Part shown: positions 32,115 to 41,654 of the stretch, piece after piece
How positions within the stretch are numbered: the first letter of the stretch is position 1
Layout: each line of letters starts with the position of its first letter
NCBI GenBank assembly: GCA_039591655.1
Contig: JBDHDE010000015.1
Coordinates: 1 to 64,000, forward strand
Reading direction: 5' to 3'
Length of the DNA stretch: 64,000 nt
From: Gemmatimonadota bacterium
GTDB lineage: Bacteria; Gemmatimonadota; Gemmatimonadetes; Gemmatimonadales; GWC2-71-9
Notes under the pieces: model-generated
Told to the model about the DNA's origin: nothing
The model's database searches: none
What the model saw: the letters and a program-made list of their open reading frames with translations, nothing else
Translations under genes and position numbers: made by a program

Positions 32115-32840
32115 TTGGTCCCGCTCACACTCACGCAGATCGCCCTGGCTGCCGGCGCGGTGACCGTCGGTGCCACGCTGCAGGGCTCCATCGGGTTCGG
32201 GCTCGGGCTCGTCGCGGCGCCCCTTCTCGTGCTCATCGATCCTCGGTTCATCCCCGCGCCGTTGCTGCTCGCGTCCGTCGTCCTGACCGTGCTGCTGACA
32301 CACAGGGAGTGGCGCTCCGTCCAGTTCCGCGATCTGGGATGGGCTATCGGGGGCCGCATGGTCGGCATCGCCGCCGCTATCGCCGCGCTGCTGCTGATCT
32401 CCCCGAACCGGATCGCGCTGTTCTTCGGAGTGCTGATCCTCCTGATGGTGGGGCTCACCGCATCGGGTCTCCACCTCCCGCCCACGCCGCGCACGCTGCT
32501 GGGAGCCGGTATGCTGTCGGGCTTCAGCGGCACCGCGGTGTCCATCGGAGGGCCGCCCATGGCGCTCGTGCTCCAGCGGGAGTCCGGCGCCCGGCTCCGG
32601 GGCACCCTGTCGGCGTTCTTCGTGGTGGGTATCTCGATGTCGCTGGTCGGTCTGCGCATCGCCGGGCGGCTGGGCCGGACCGAGCTCCTGCTCTCCCTGG
32701 CGCTCCTTCCGGGCATCCTGCTGGGATATTTGATTAGTCGTCACACGGCCCGCTTGCTGGACCGCGGGTACACGCGCAGCGCGGTGCTCGCCGTCTCGGG
32801 GGCGGCCGGAGTGGTGGTGATCATCAAGCAGCTGATCTGA
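32115..32840 (+). CDS. TauE/SafE-family (sulfite exporter-like) membrane protein
   Basis: QGSIGFGLGLVAAP, SGFSGTAVSIGGPP; start codon uncertain (TTG 32115). Confidence 0.85.
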   Translation: MVPLTLTQIALAAGAVTVGATLQGSIGFGLGLVAAPLLVLIDPRFIPAPLLLASVVLTVLLTHREWRSVQFRDLGWAIGGRMVGIAAAIAALLLISPNRIALFFGVLILLMVGLTASGLHLPPTPRTLLGAGMLSGFSGTAVSIGGPPMALVLQRESGARLRGTLSAFFVVGISMSLVGLRIAGRLGRTELLLSLALLPGILLGYLISRHTARLLDRGYTRSAVLAVSGAAGVVVIIKQLI

Positions 32841-32848
32841 GGCGGGGA

Positions 32849-33955
32849 GTGTTTCGCAACAGAGTAGAGCGGCTGCTGTCCTACGCGGATGTCCGGGTCG
32901 ACGGAGACCGTCCCTGGGACATCCACGTACACAACGACGCGCTCTACCGCAGGGTGCTGGCGCACGGGGCCTTGGGCGCGGGCGAGTCGTACGTGGACGG
33001 TTGGTGGGACTGCGACCAACTGGACGAGTTCTTCCACCGGGTCGCGGCAGCCGATCTCGAGACCAAGATCCGGCCGGCAACAGAGCTACTCCGGGTCCTC
33101 TGGGCTAAGCTGGCGAACCTCCAGAAGCCGTCGCGGGCCTTCCAGGTTGGGCGGCGGCATTATGACATTGGCAACGAGTTGTACCGGCACATGCTCGGGG
33201 AGCGCATGATCTACAGCTGCGGCTACTGGAGGGACGCCACGACGCTCGATGAGGCGCAGGAGGCGAAGCTCGATCTGGTGTGTCGGAAGTTGGGCTTCCA
33301 GCCGGGGATGCGGGTCTTGGATATCGGCTGTGGTTGGGGAGGCGCCGCGAAGTTCGCCGCCGAGCACTACGAAGTGGAAGTTCTCGGCATCACGGTTTCC
33401 GAAGAGCAGGCGCGCTACGGGATGGAGCTGTGCCGCGGGCTTCCGGTCGAGATCCGGCTGCAGGACTACCGTCAGCTGGATGGGTCCTTCGACCGCGTGT
33501 TCTCGCTCGGCATGTTCGAGCATGTCGGCCTTAGGAACTATGGTACCTTCATGCGCATCGTGCGCGATTGCCTGACACCCGACGGGCTGTTTCTGCTCCA
33601 CACCATCGGATCGAACCGCTCCGTAAACCGGGTCGATCCGTGGACCGAACGCTACATCTTCCCCAATTCCATGTTGCCTTCGGCCAAGCAGATCACCTCG
33701 ACCATTGAAGGACTGTTCGTTCTGGAGGATTGGCACAGCTTCGGCACGGACTACGACAGGACCTTGATGTGCTGGTTTCGCAATTTCGACGAGCACTGGA
33801 GTGAGCTGAGCGCGGACTACGATCGACGATTCTATCGCATGTGGAAGTACTTCTTGCTGTCCAGCGCCGGCAGCTTCCGCGCGCGGAGAAACCAGCTGTG
33901 GCAGATCGTTCTTTCCCCCAAGGGAGTTCCGGGCGGTTATTGCCCGGTGCGCTGA
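32849..33955 (+). CDS. cfa: Cyclopropane-fatty-acyl-phospholipid synthase
   Basis: GESYVDGWW, HYDIGN, YSCGYW, VLDIGCGWG, GMFEHVG, YIFPN. Confidence 0.96.
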   Translation: MFRNRVERLLSYADVRVDGDRPWDIHVHNDALYRRVLAHGALGAGESYVDGWWDCDQLDEFFHRVAAADLETKIRPATELLRVLWAKLANLQKPSRAFQVGRRHYDIGNELYRHMLGERMIYSCGYWRDATTLDEAQEAKLDLVCRKLGFQPGMRVLDIGCGWGGAAKFAAEHYEVEVLGITVSEEQARYGMELCRGLPVEIRLQDYRQLDGSFDRVFSLGMFEHVGLRNYGTFMRIVRDCLTPDGLFLLHTIGSNRSVNRVDPWTERYIFPNSMLPSAKQITSTIEGLFVLEDWHSFGTDYDRTLMCWFRNFDEHWSELSADYDRRFYRMWKYFLLSSAGSFRARRNQLWQIVLSPKGVPGGYCPVR

Positions 33956-33966
33956 AGGAGACGAAG

Positions 33967-36018
33967 ATGCTTCGAGGTATCGCTTCCTGCGTGTGCGTCG
34001 TTGTCGCGACCGCGACTCTTCCCCAAGCCGCTGCGGCTCAGCAACGCCACCCCTTCACTGTCCACGACCTGGTGTCCATGGACCGCATCGGGGATCCCCA
34101 GGTGAGCGCGGACGGCGAGTGGATCGTGTTCGTGAAGAGCTCCCTGGATCTGGAGGCCAATCGGCGGCGCAGCGATCTGTGGCTGGTGCACGCCGACGGG
34201 ACGGGGCTGCGTCGGCTCACGACGGATCCAGCCGGGGACTTCAATCCCCGCTGGTCACCCACCGGCGATGCCGTCTACTTCCTGTCGACTCGGTCGGGAA
34301 GCTCCCAGGCCTGGCGCGTCATGGTCGAGGCTGGCGGGGTCGCGCAGGTAACCGACCTGCCGTTGAGCGTCGGCAACCTGGCGCTCTCCCCGGACGGCCA
34401 GCTGCTGGCCTTCACTCTGGATGTCTTCCCCGACTGCGAGACCATCGACTGCACGGTGTCGCAGTTGCACGACCGCGAGCAGCTGGTCACCAGCGGCGTG
34501 CTGTACGAGCACATCTTCATCCGTCACTGGGACACGTGGAAGGACGGCCGGCGCTCGCACCTGTTCGTGATGCCGGCGGCGGGCGGCGATGCGGTGGACG
34601 TGATGGCTGGGATGGACGCCGATGCGCCGTCCAAGCCCTTCGGGGGCCCCGAGGAGTTCACATTCACGCCCGACTCCCGCGGCCTGGTGTTCACCGCCCG
34701 GGTGGCCGGTCGCGAGGAGCCGTGGTCCACTGACTTCGATCTGTACTTCGTACCGATCGACGGCTCGGCGGCCCCAGAGTTGATCACGACCGAGAATCGT
34801 GCCTGGGACACGAGCCCGGTGTTCTCACCCGACGGCCGGACGCTGGCCTACCTGGCCATGGCCCGGCCGGGGTTCGAGTCGGACCGCTTCCGCATCGTGC
34901 TGAAGCGCTGGCCCGATGGGGAGCCGCGAGTGCTCACGGAGAACTGGAACCGCTCGCCGGGAGGCTTCGTGTGGTCGCCCGACGGGCACGCGCTGTTGGC
35001 CACGGCAGGCAACATCGGCAACGTAGCTCTCTTTGCCGTGGATGGGCGCTCGGGTCGGGTGCGGGCCATCATCGACGAAGGCCATGTCCGCTCGCCCCAG
35101 TTCGCCCGGGACCGGATCGTATTCGGGCGGGATCACTTCCAGTCACCGGTGGAGCTCTACTCGGCTCGGCCCGACGGCTCGGACATCCGTGCGATAACCC
35201 GGGTGAACGCCGATCGTCTCTCCCGGGTGCTATTGGGCGAGTCGGAGCAGTTCTCGTTCCAGGGCTGGAACGATGAGACGGTGTATGGGTGGCTGGTGAA
35301 GCCGGCGAACTTCGACCCGTCGCAGACCTACCCCGTCGCCTTTCTCATCCACGGCGGCCCCCAGGGCTCGTTCGACAACGACTTCCACTATCGCTGGAAC
35401 CCGCAGATCTATACCGCGGCCGGCTACGTAGCGGTGATGATCGACTTCCACGGCTCCACCGGCTACGGCCAGGCGTTCACCGACGCGATCACCGGCGACT
35501 ACGGTGGCAAGCCTCTCGAGGACCTGCAGAAGGGACTCGCCGCCGCCCTGGCGCGCTATCCCTGGATGGACGGCGCGCGTGTGTGCGCGTTGGGGGCCTC
35601 GTACGGTGGGTACATGATCAACTGGATTGCCGGCAACTGGCCGGACCGGTTCCGCTGCCTGGTGAACCACGACGGCATCTTCGACGAGCGGATGATGTAC
35701 TACGCCACCGAGGAGCTATGGTTTCCCGAGTGGGACATGGGGGGGCCGTACTGGTTGAATCCCGAAGGCTACGAGAAGGACAACCCCGCCAACCACGTCG
35801 ACGAATGGCGGACTCCGATGCTGGTGATCCACGGGGCGCTGGACTACCGCGTGCCGCTGGAGCAGGGGATCGCCACGTTCACGGCACTCCAGCGCAAGGG
35901 TATACCCAGCCAGTTCCTGTACTATCCGGACGAGAACCACTGGGTCTTGAGCCCGGCGAACAGCATCCAGTGGCACGAGACGGTGCTGGCGTGGCTGGCG
36001 CGCTGGCTCGGAGAATAG
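33967..36018 (+). CDS. S9-family exported peptidase (dipeptidyl/acylaminoacyl peptidase-like)
   Basis: Signal peptide; PD40-like propeller repeats; IHGGPQ, GASYGG, DYRVP, ENHW triad motifs. Confidence 0.95.
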   Translation: MLRGIASCVCVVVATATLPQAAAAQQRHPFTVHDLVSMDRIGDPQVSADGEWIVFVKSSLDLEANRRRSDLWLVHADGTGLRRLTTDPAGDFNPRWSPTGDAVYFLSTRSGSSQAWRVMVEAGGVAQVTDLPLSVGNLALSPDGQLLAFTLDVFPDCETIDCTVSQLHDREQLVTSGVLYEHIFIRHWDTWKDGRRSHLFVMPAAGGDAVDVMAGMDADAPSKPFGGPEEFTFTPDSRGLVFTARVAGREEPWSTDFDLYFVPIDGSAAPELITTENRAWDTSPVFSPDGRTLAYLAMARPGFESDRFRIVLKRWPDGEPRVLTENWNRSPGGFVWSPDGHALLATAGNIGNVALFAVDGRSGRVRAIIDEGHVRSPQFARDRIVFGRDHFQSPVELYSARPDGSDIRAITRVNADRLSRVLLGESEQFSFQGWNDETVYGWLVKPANFDPSQTYPVAFLIHGGPQGSFDNDFHYRWNPQIYTAAGYVAVMIDFHGSTGYGQAFTDAITGDYGGKPLEDLQKGLAAALARYPWMDGARVCALGASYGGYMINWIAGNWPDRFRCLVNHDGIFDERMMYYATEELWFPEWDMGGPYWLNPEGYEKDNPANHVDEWRTPMLVIHGALDYRVPLEQGIATFTALQRKGIPSQFLYYPDENHWVLSPANSIQWHETVLAWLARWLGE

Positions 36019-36089
36019 GATCACACCGCGGATGACGCTGGGCTGACCGGGGCGGCCGGTCTGTCGCAGCAGGGGTGACATAATTGAGA

Positions 36090-36272
36090 GAGCGGGCGGG
36101 TCACGCGAAAGACCGCCCGCTCATCACGTAGGCTCCGTTCTTGCGTACCCGACGACTAGAAGCTCAACGTGGCCCGGAGACGCCCTGAAGCAGGGGGGTG
36201 AGGGCTAACGAGCTGTGCCAGAGCAGCTTGCGGTATTTGAGGACCCCTGCGTCCCGGAACCGATGTCTGCCG
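36090..36272 (+). ncRNA. Candidate structured non-coding RNA, family unassigned
   Basis: Non-coding gap with TGnCATAAT upstream and at least five nested helices, several with G-U pairs favouring the + strand. Confidence 0.35.
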
Positions 36273-36297
36273 ACCGTTGTTTCTGGTCGTGGGTCCA

Positions 36298-38658
36298 ATG
36301 GCTGACGAATTCGAGCGACTGAGGGCCGCACTGGCCGACCGCTACGCTCTCGAGCGCATAGTGGGGCGAGGCGGAATGGCGACCGTGTACCTGGCGGAGG
36401 ACATCAAGCACCGCCGGCGGGTCGCCGTGAAGGTGCTGCGTCCGGAGGTGGCGGAGGCCGTGGGCCCCGAGCGCTTTCTGCGTGAGATCGAGATCGCGGC
36501 CCAGTTGGCACATCCCCACATCCTCCCCCTGCACGACTCCGGTGGGTCCGGCGGCTTCCTGTACTACGTCATGCCCTACGTCGAGGGCGAGACCCTGCGC
36601 GAAGTTCTGCAACGCGAGCAGCGGGTTCCCCTGGAGGATGCGCTGCGCATCGCCCATCAGGTGGCGGGCGCCCTCGCCCACGCGCATCGCCAAAACTTCG
36701 TGCACCGGGACGTCAAGCCGGAGAACGTGCTGCTCTCCGAGGGCCACGCGCTGGTGGCGGACTTCGGGATCGGCAAGGCGGCGTGTGCAGCGTGTGAGGA
36801 CGACCACCTCACGATCGCCGGGGTGTCCATCGGCACGCCAGCGTACATGAGTCCCGAGCAGGCGATGGGTGAGCCGGTGGATGCCCGCAGTGACATCTAC
36901 AGCCTCGCGTGCGTCGTCTTCGAGATGCTCACAGGGAATCCGCCCTATCGCGGTCCCACGCCGCAGGCCACGCTGATGAAGCACACCGTGAGTCCCATAC
37001 CATCTGTGCGGGATGTCGACCAGGCGGTTCCCGCGTTCATAGACGAGGCGCTGCAGCGGGCGCTCGGCAAGGAGCCCGAGGACCGCCATTCCACTGTCGC
37101 GGAGTTCGCGGAGGCGTTGGGCACGCTGAGCCCCACCGCCGTCGGGGTCCGAGGGACCGCGCCGACGCCCATCGTGCGTGAACGGTGGCTGCCTCCATGG
37201 CGCGCGGCGGCTCTCGGTGGTGTGGCGGCCGTGGTGGCGATGCTCGGGGCGTGGTGGCTGGCGAGCGGGCCCGCCGCAGGAGCAGGGCGGGTCCGGTCGC
37301 TGGCGGTGCTTCCCCTGGCCAACCTGTCGGCCGACTCCGGGCAGGTTGCCTTCGTGGACGGTATGCACGATGCCCTGATCGCGGAGGTAGCCCGGATCCG
37401 GGAGTTGGCGGTCATATCCCGCACGTCCGTCATGCGCTACCGGGATACCGCGACCCCGATAGCCGAGATCGCCCGGGAGCTGGACGTGGACGCCGTGCTG
37501 GAGGGTTCGGTGTTCCGGAGCGGTGATTCCGTGCGGATCACCGCTCAGCTCATCGCGGTGGCACCGGAGCGCCACCTCTGGAGCGGCAGCTACGAGCGTG
37601 AGCTGCGCTACGTGCTCGGAGTGCACGCCGAGGTGGCGGAGGCGATTGCCGGGGAGATCGAGGCCGAGCTGCGGCCGGGGGGAGATGCCGTGGCGGCGGA
37701 CGACCGCAGCGTGGATCCGGTGGTCGTGGACCTCTACCTCGAAGGGCGATTCCACGCCTCCCGGGGCTCGGTGGACGGGTTCCGCCTTGCGATGCGGTCG
37801 TTCGAGCGCGCGATCCATCTAGACCCGCAGTTTGCGCCGGCGTACTCCGCCATCGCGCTGTCGATCCATCTCCTGGGGTTCTACGGCGGCATGCCGCGGC
37901 GGGTGGCGGAGCCCCGGGCAAAGGCCATGGCGCAGCGGGCCCTGGCCCTCGACAGCGGGCTGGCCGAGGCGCGCGCGGTCCTGGCGGGAATCCGGGCCAT
38001 GTACGAGTGGGATTTCGCCGGTGCGGAGCGTGACTACCGCTTGGCGGTTGCCCTGGACCCCAGCTCTCCCATTGCCCGGCAGTGGCACGCGTACTTCCTG
38101 ACATCCGTGGCGCAGCACGATGAGGCGGTGGCCGAGGCGGGTCGCGCGCTCGCGCTGGATCCCTTCAACCCGACCGCCAGGGTGGTGCTCGCAGACCAGT
38201 TGGTGCATGCACGGCGGTACGGTGAAGCCATCATCGAGCTGGAACGGGTGCTCGAGCAGGCGCCGGATTTCCGGAGGGCCCGTGGGCTACTGGAGGACAC
38301 GTACGCCCTGGCCGGCGACTACGACGCAGCCGTTGCGGTGCGGCGGGCCGACCCGGATGCCGAGGGAGGCGATCCGGCTGCCCTGTCGATGGCCGACCGC
38401 GGAGCGGATGCGTCGAGGTACTGGCGCTGGCGACTCGCCGAGCTCGAGCGCACCGCTGCGCTGCGCTACGTGCCGCCCCACCGGTTCGCCAGGGTGCTGG
38501 CGGCCCTGGGGGAGTCTGAGGCTGCCCTGGATTGGCTCGACCAGGCCTACGAGGAGCGGGATCAGATGGAGCTCTTGAAGGTCTCGCCGTACTACGACTC
38601 TCTTCGGTCCCATCCGCGCTTCCGGGAGCTCCTCGAGCGGGTGGGGCTGTCCGACTGA
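36298..38658 (+). CDS. Ser/Thr protein kinase with TM, TolB-N-like and TPR domains
   Basis: GRGGMA, VAVK, HRDVKPEN, DFG, GTPAYMSPEQ; SLAVLPLANLS; TPR-like helices. Confidence 0.95.
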   Translation: MADEFERLRAALADRYALERIVGRGGMATVYLAEDIKHRRRVAVKVLRPEVAEAVGPERFLREIEIAAQLAHPHILPLHDSGGSGGFLYYVMPYVEGETLREVLQREQRVPLEDALRIAHQVAGALAHAHRQNFVHRDVKPENVLLSEGHALVADFGIGKAACAACEDDHLTIAGVSIGTPAYMSPEQAMGEPVDARSDIYSLACVVFEMLTGNPPYRGPTPQATLMKHTVSPIPSVRDVDQAVPAFIDEALQRALGKEPEDRHSTVAEFAEALGTLSPTAVGVRGTAPTPIVRERWLPPWRAAALGGVAAVVAMLGAWWLASGPAAGAGRVRSLAVLPLANLSADSGQVAFVDGMHDALIAEVARIRELAVISRTSVMRYRDTATPIAEIARELDVDAVLEGSVFRSGDSVRITAQLIAVAPERHLWSGSYERELRYVLGVHAEVAEAIAGEIEAELRPGGDAVAADDRSVDPVVVDLYLEGRFHASRGSVDGFRLAMRSFERAIHLDPQFAPAYSAIALSIHLLGFYGGMPRRVAEPRAKAMAQRALALDSGLAEARAVLAGIRAMYEWDFAGAERDYRLAVALDPSSPIARQWHAYFLTSVAQHDEAVAEAGRALALDPFNPTARVVLADQLVHARRYGEAIIELERVLEQAPDFRRARGLLEDTYALAGDYDAAVAVRRADPDAEGGDPAALSMADRGADASRYWRWRLAELERTAALRYVPPHRFARVLAALGESEAALDWLDQAYEERDQMELLKVSPYYDSLRSHPRFRELLERVGLSD

Positions 38659-38669
38659 CGGTCCGCCCG

Positions 38670-39263
38670 CTACTGGCCGGGCTCGGCGGCAGGCCGTCCC
38701 CGGCCGGTCCAGTACACCAGCGCCACGAAGTCGTACAGGGCGTGCGCCACAATGGCCGGCAACAGGTTGCCAGTGGCCATGGTGATCGCGCCGAGGTAGA
38801 GACCCAGGACCCCCGCCAGCAGGGCATATGTCGGGGTCACCAGGTGTGTGAGCCCGAAGAGCAAGCTGGCTCCCAGGAGTCCCACCGCGGGGTGAACCGC
38901 CTCACCCAACGCCGTCTGGATCACGCCCCGGAAGAGCGCCTCCTCGCCCACGCCCGCGGCCAGGGACACGAGGGCTAGGGCCAGGGGTGGGCATCCGGCG
39001 AAGAGGGGCGCGACGGTCTCCTCGATCTCCCGGGAGAGGCGGCGCAGCGGCTCCCACGGCAAGTCGGCCACCAGGTGCATGGCGATCAGGAGAGGCACCG
39101 TGGCTGCCACACCCCAGGCGGCGGCTCGCCAAGTGAGGCCCAGCGCTCCAAGAGCCGGAGTGCCGAGGATCCAACCCAGCGCCCATGCCACCCCCAGGAG
39201 CCCCCCTTCGAAGGCGACAGCCAGTGGGGCGATTGTGCAAGCGAGCCTGCGAGTTAGCGACAC
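38670..39263 (-). CDS. CPBP (CAAX/Abi) family intramembrane metalloprotease
   Basis: EEALFRG, FGLTH, AHALYD. Confidence 0.92.
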   Translation of the reverse strand: MSLTRRLACTIAPLAVAFEGGLLGVAWALGWILGTPALGALGLTWRAAAWGVAATVPLLIAMHLVADLPWEPLRRLSREIEETVAPLFAGCPPLALALVSLAAGVGEEALFRGVIQTALGEAVHPAVGLLGASLLFGLTHLVTPTYALLAGVLGLYLGAITMATGNLLPAIVAHALYDFVALVYWTGRGRPAAEPGQ

Positions 39264-39427
39264 CCCGACACGGTAGCGCGCCGCCCAGGGCTCGGGAAGG
39301 CGGAGACCGCGCCGGGGTTGCGGCCCGCCTCCGTGCGGCGAGATTGGAGCGCTGGGAGTCGTCGTCGTGGGGTGCAGGTTGTCGGGATGGGTGGTCCGAA
39401 TCCCTTACGCCGGGGAGGGACGCAGAC

Positions 39428-40498
39428 ATGAGGCATGCAGTGGTTCTCATGGTGGTCGTCGCGGCGCTGGCGCCGGCATCCGCAGGGGCCCAGGAGCAGG
39501 CCCCGGACTCCGGTCGCAGGGCGGCGCCCCTCTTTGTCTCGCAGGGCATCCTGGAGTTGCGACTGGAGGCTCCCCTCACCAGTGTCCTCCGGGACCGCGG
39601 CAGCCGTAATCCGCGGGAGGCCACGCTGAGCTACGAGGATCCCGCGTCCGGGCCGGTGGCGCTCCCCGTCACGGTCCGAATGTATGGCAACTTCCGCGCC
39701 GATCCCGACAACTGTGATTTCCCGCCGCTGCGCATGGACCTCGATTCGACCCAGGCCACGCAGACGGCGTTCGCCGGCCTGGACAAGCTCAGGCTCGTCG
39801 CCCACTGCCGGGACGGTGAACCGGAATATGAGCAGTACGTGCTCCGTGAGTACCTGGCGTACCGGATCTACAACCTGCTGACCGAGGTGAGCGTGCGCGC
39901 GCGCCTCGTCCACGTCACGTACGTGGACACGGAGAGTCGGCGGGCGACGCTCACCCGCTACGCCTTCTTCGTGGAGGACTACAACGATACCGCGGCGCGG
40001 AACGGCTGGCAGGTCCTGCCGGTGAAGAACGTGGCGCCTACTCAGTACGATCAGCAGCAACTCAGCCTGTTCGAGGTGTTCCAATACCTCATCGCCAACA
40101 CCGACTGGGCCGTCGTGGCGGGCGAGCCGGGAGCGGACTGGTGCTGTCACAATGCCGTGCCGGTCGGGACATGGGCGGGCCCGGTGCTGCCCCTGCCGTT
40201 CGACTTCGACTGGTCGGGCATCGTGAACGCCCGCTACGCCAGTCCGAGCTCCCGACTCCGCATCCCGTCGGTGCGGGTGCGGCGTTTCTGGGGCCTGTGC
40301 CGGCCGCAGGACGAGCTCGAAGCGGTCTTCCCACTGTTCGAGGATCGTCGGGAAGCGATCTACGACCTGTTTCGGAACCAGGACGGCCTCGACTCACGCT
40401 ATCTGCGGGAGACGCTGGAGTACCTCGACGAGTTCTACGCCGTCCTAGGGGATTCCGAGGCCGTCAATAAGGAGATGACCCGCCGGTGCCGGGGGTGA
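39428..40498 (+). CDS. Exported CotH-like atypical kinase-fold protein (paralog 1)
   Basis: Signal peptide; YGNFR, CDFPPLR, KLRLVAHC, EYLAYRIY, FQYLIANTDW, HN, PFDFD. Confidence 0.7.
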   Translation: MRHAVVLMVVVAALAPASAGAQEQAPDSGRRAAPLFVSQGILELRLEAPLTSVLRDRGSRNPREATLSYEDPASGPVALPVTVRMYGNFRADPDNCDFPPLRMDLDSTQATQTAFAGLDKLRLVAHCRDGEPEYEQYVLREYLAYRIYNLLTEVSVRARLVHVTYVDTESRRATLTRYAFFVEDYNDTAARNGWQVLPVKNVAPTQYDQQQLSLFEVFQYLIANTDWAVVAGEPGADWCCHNAVPVGTWAGPVLPLPFDFDWSGIVNARYASPSSRLRIPSVRVRRFWGLCRPQDELEAVFPLFEDRREAIYDLFRNQDGLDSRYLRETLEYLDEFYAVLGDSEAVNKEMTRRCRG

Positions 40499-40577
40499 AG
40501 CGCTGATCCGGGTGGGGAGCGGCCGCCGCCGCGACCGCCGGGCGATGGCCTTCCTGGGCTGTCGAGGGTGGGGGTGG

Positions 40578-41654
40578 ATGGTCGGATCGGTCCTGTTGCT
40601 GGCGGTCGGGACGGCGTGCCCCGTGGCTGGGCAGCAGGTGCAGCGCCCGCTCGAGGGCGAGACCGCTGCACCGGCTCCGCTGTTCGCGTCGCACGAGGTG
40701 CTCACCCTGAATCTCGAGGCGCCACTGGCGTCGCTCCGGGACGACCGGGGTGAGGACCCTCCGGAGCGGGACGCGGTGTTGATGTACTTCGACGGTCTGG
40801 GGCAGCCCGTGCGGCTGGACGTGCAGCTCCGCACACGAGGCCACACCCGACTGCTCCGCCAGATCTGCGACTTTCCTCCCCTGCGGGTGAACTTCCGCCG
40901 GAGCCAGGTCGAGGGCACGGTCTTCGAGGGCCAGAACAAGCTCAAGCTGGTCACCCACTGCCAGGATCGCCAACTCGAGTACCAGCAGTACGTGCTGCTG
41001 GAGTACCTCGTGTACCGCGCGTATGGCCTCTTCACCGAGGCGGGCTTCCGGGTACGCCTAGCGTGGATCACGTACCTGGACCCGGATACGGAGCGCGATC
41101 CCTACTCCCGGTTCGCCTTCTTCATCGAGGAAGAGGAAGACCTGGCGGAGCGGAACGGCTGGGAGGTGATCAAGGTCGAGAGGATCCATCCGTACGACCT
41201 ACAGGCCGGCCAGCTGCGCCTCTTCGAGGTGTTCCAGTACTTGATCGGCAACACCGATTGGTCCGTGGTGGCGCGGGAGCGGGGCAAGACCTGGTGCTGC
41301 CACAACGCTCGGGTGATCGGCAACCTGGCCGGGGTGGCGCTGCCGGTGCCGTACGACTTCGACATGGCCGGCATCATCGATACGCGATACGCGACGGCGG
41401 ATACGAGCCTGGGTATTCACAGCGTGCGGCAGCGCCAGTTCATGGGGTTTTGCGCGCCGCGGGAGGAGCTCGAGGCGGTTTTCTCGTTGTTCAACGAGCG
41501 GCGAGAGGCTGTCTACGCCGTCTTCCGAGATCAGGCCGGGTTGAGCGAGCGGAGCGTGCGTCGCACGATGGGGTATCTGGACGATTTCTACGACATCATC
41601 AACGACCCGGGCGCCGTCACGCGAGAGATGATCGAGCCCTGCCGCGAGCTATGA
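40578..41654 (+). CDS. Exported CotH-like atypical kinase-fold protein (paralog 2)
   Basis: Signal-like N-terminus (start uncertain, 40512-40578); RGHTR, CDFPPLR, KLKLVTHC, EYLVYR, FQYLIGNTDW, HN, PYDFD. Confidence 0.7.
   Translation: MVGSVLLLAVGTACPVAGQQVQRPLEGETAAPAPLFASHEVLTLNLEAPLASLRDDRGEDPPERDAVLMYFDGLGQPVRLDVQLRTRGHTRLLRQICDFPPLRVNFRRSQVEGTVFEGQNKLKLVTHCQDRQLEYQQYVLLEYLVYRAYGLFTEAGFRVRLAWITYLDPDTERDPYSRFAFFIEEEEDLAERNGWEVIKVERIHPYDLQAGQLRLFEVFQYLIGNTDWSVVARERGKTWCCHNARVIGNLAGVALPVPYDFDMAGIIDTRYATADTSLGIHSVRQRQFMGFCAPREELEAVFSLFNERREAVYAVFRDQAGLSERSVRRTMGYLDDFYDIINDPGAVTREMIEPCREL

Noticed and set aside
36090..36272. Assignment of the structured region to 6S RNA, SAM-I, c-di-GMP or glycine riboswitch
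   Set aside because: Only scattered short matches; the diagnostic motifs are not present in order, so it is left unassigned
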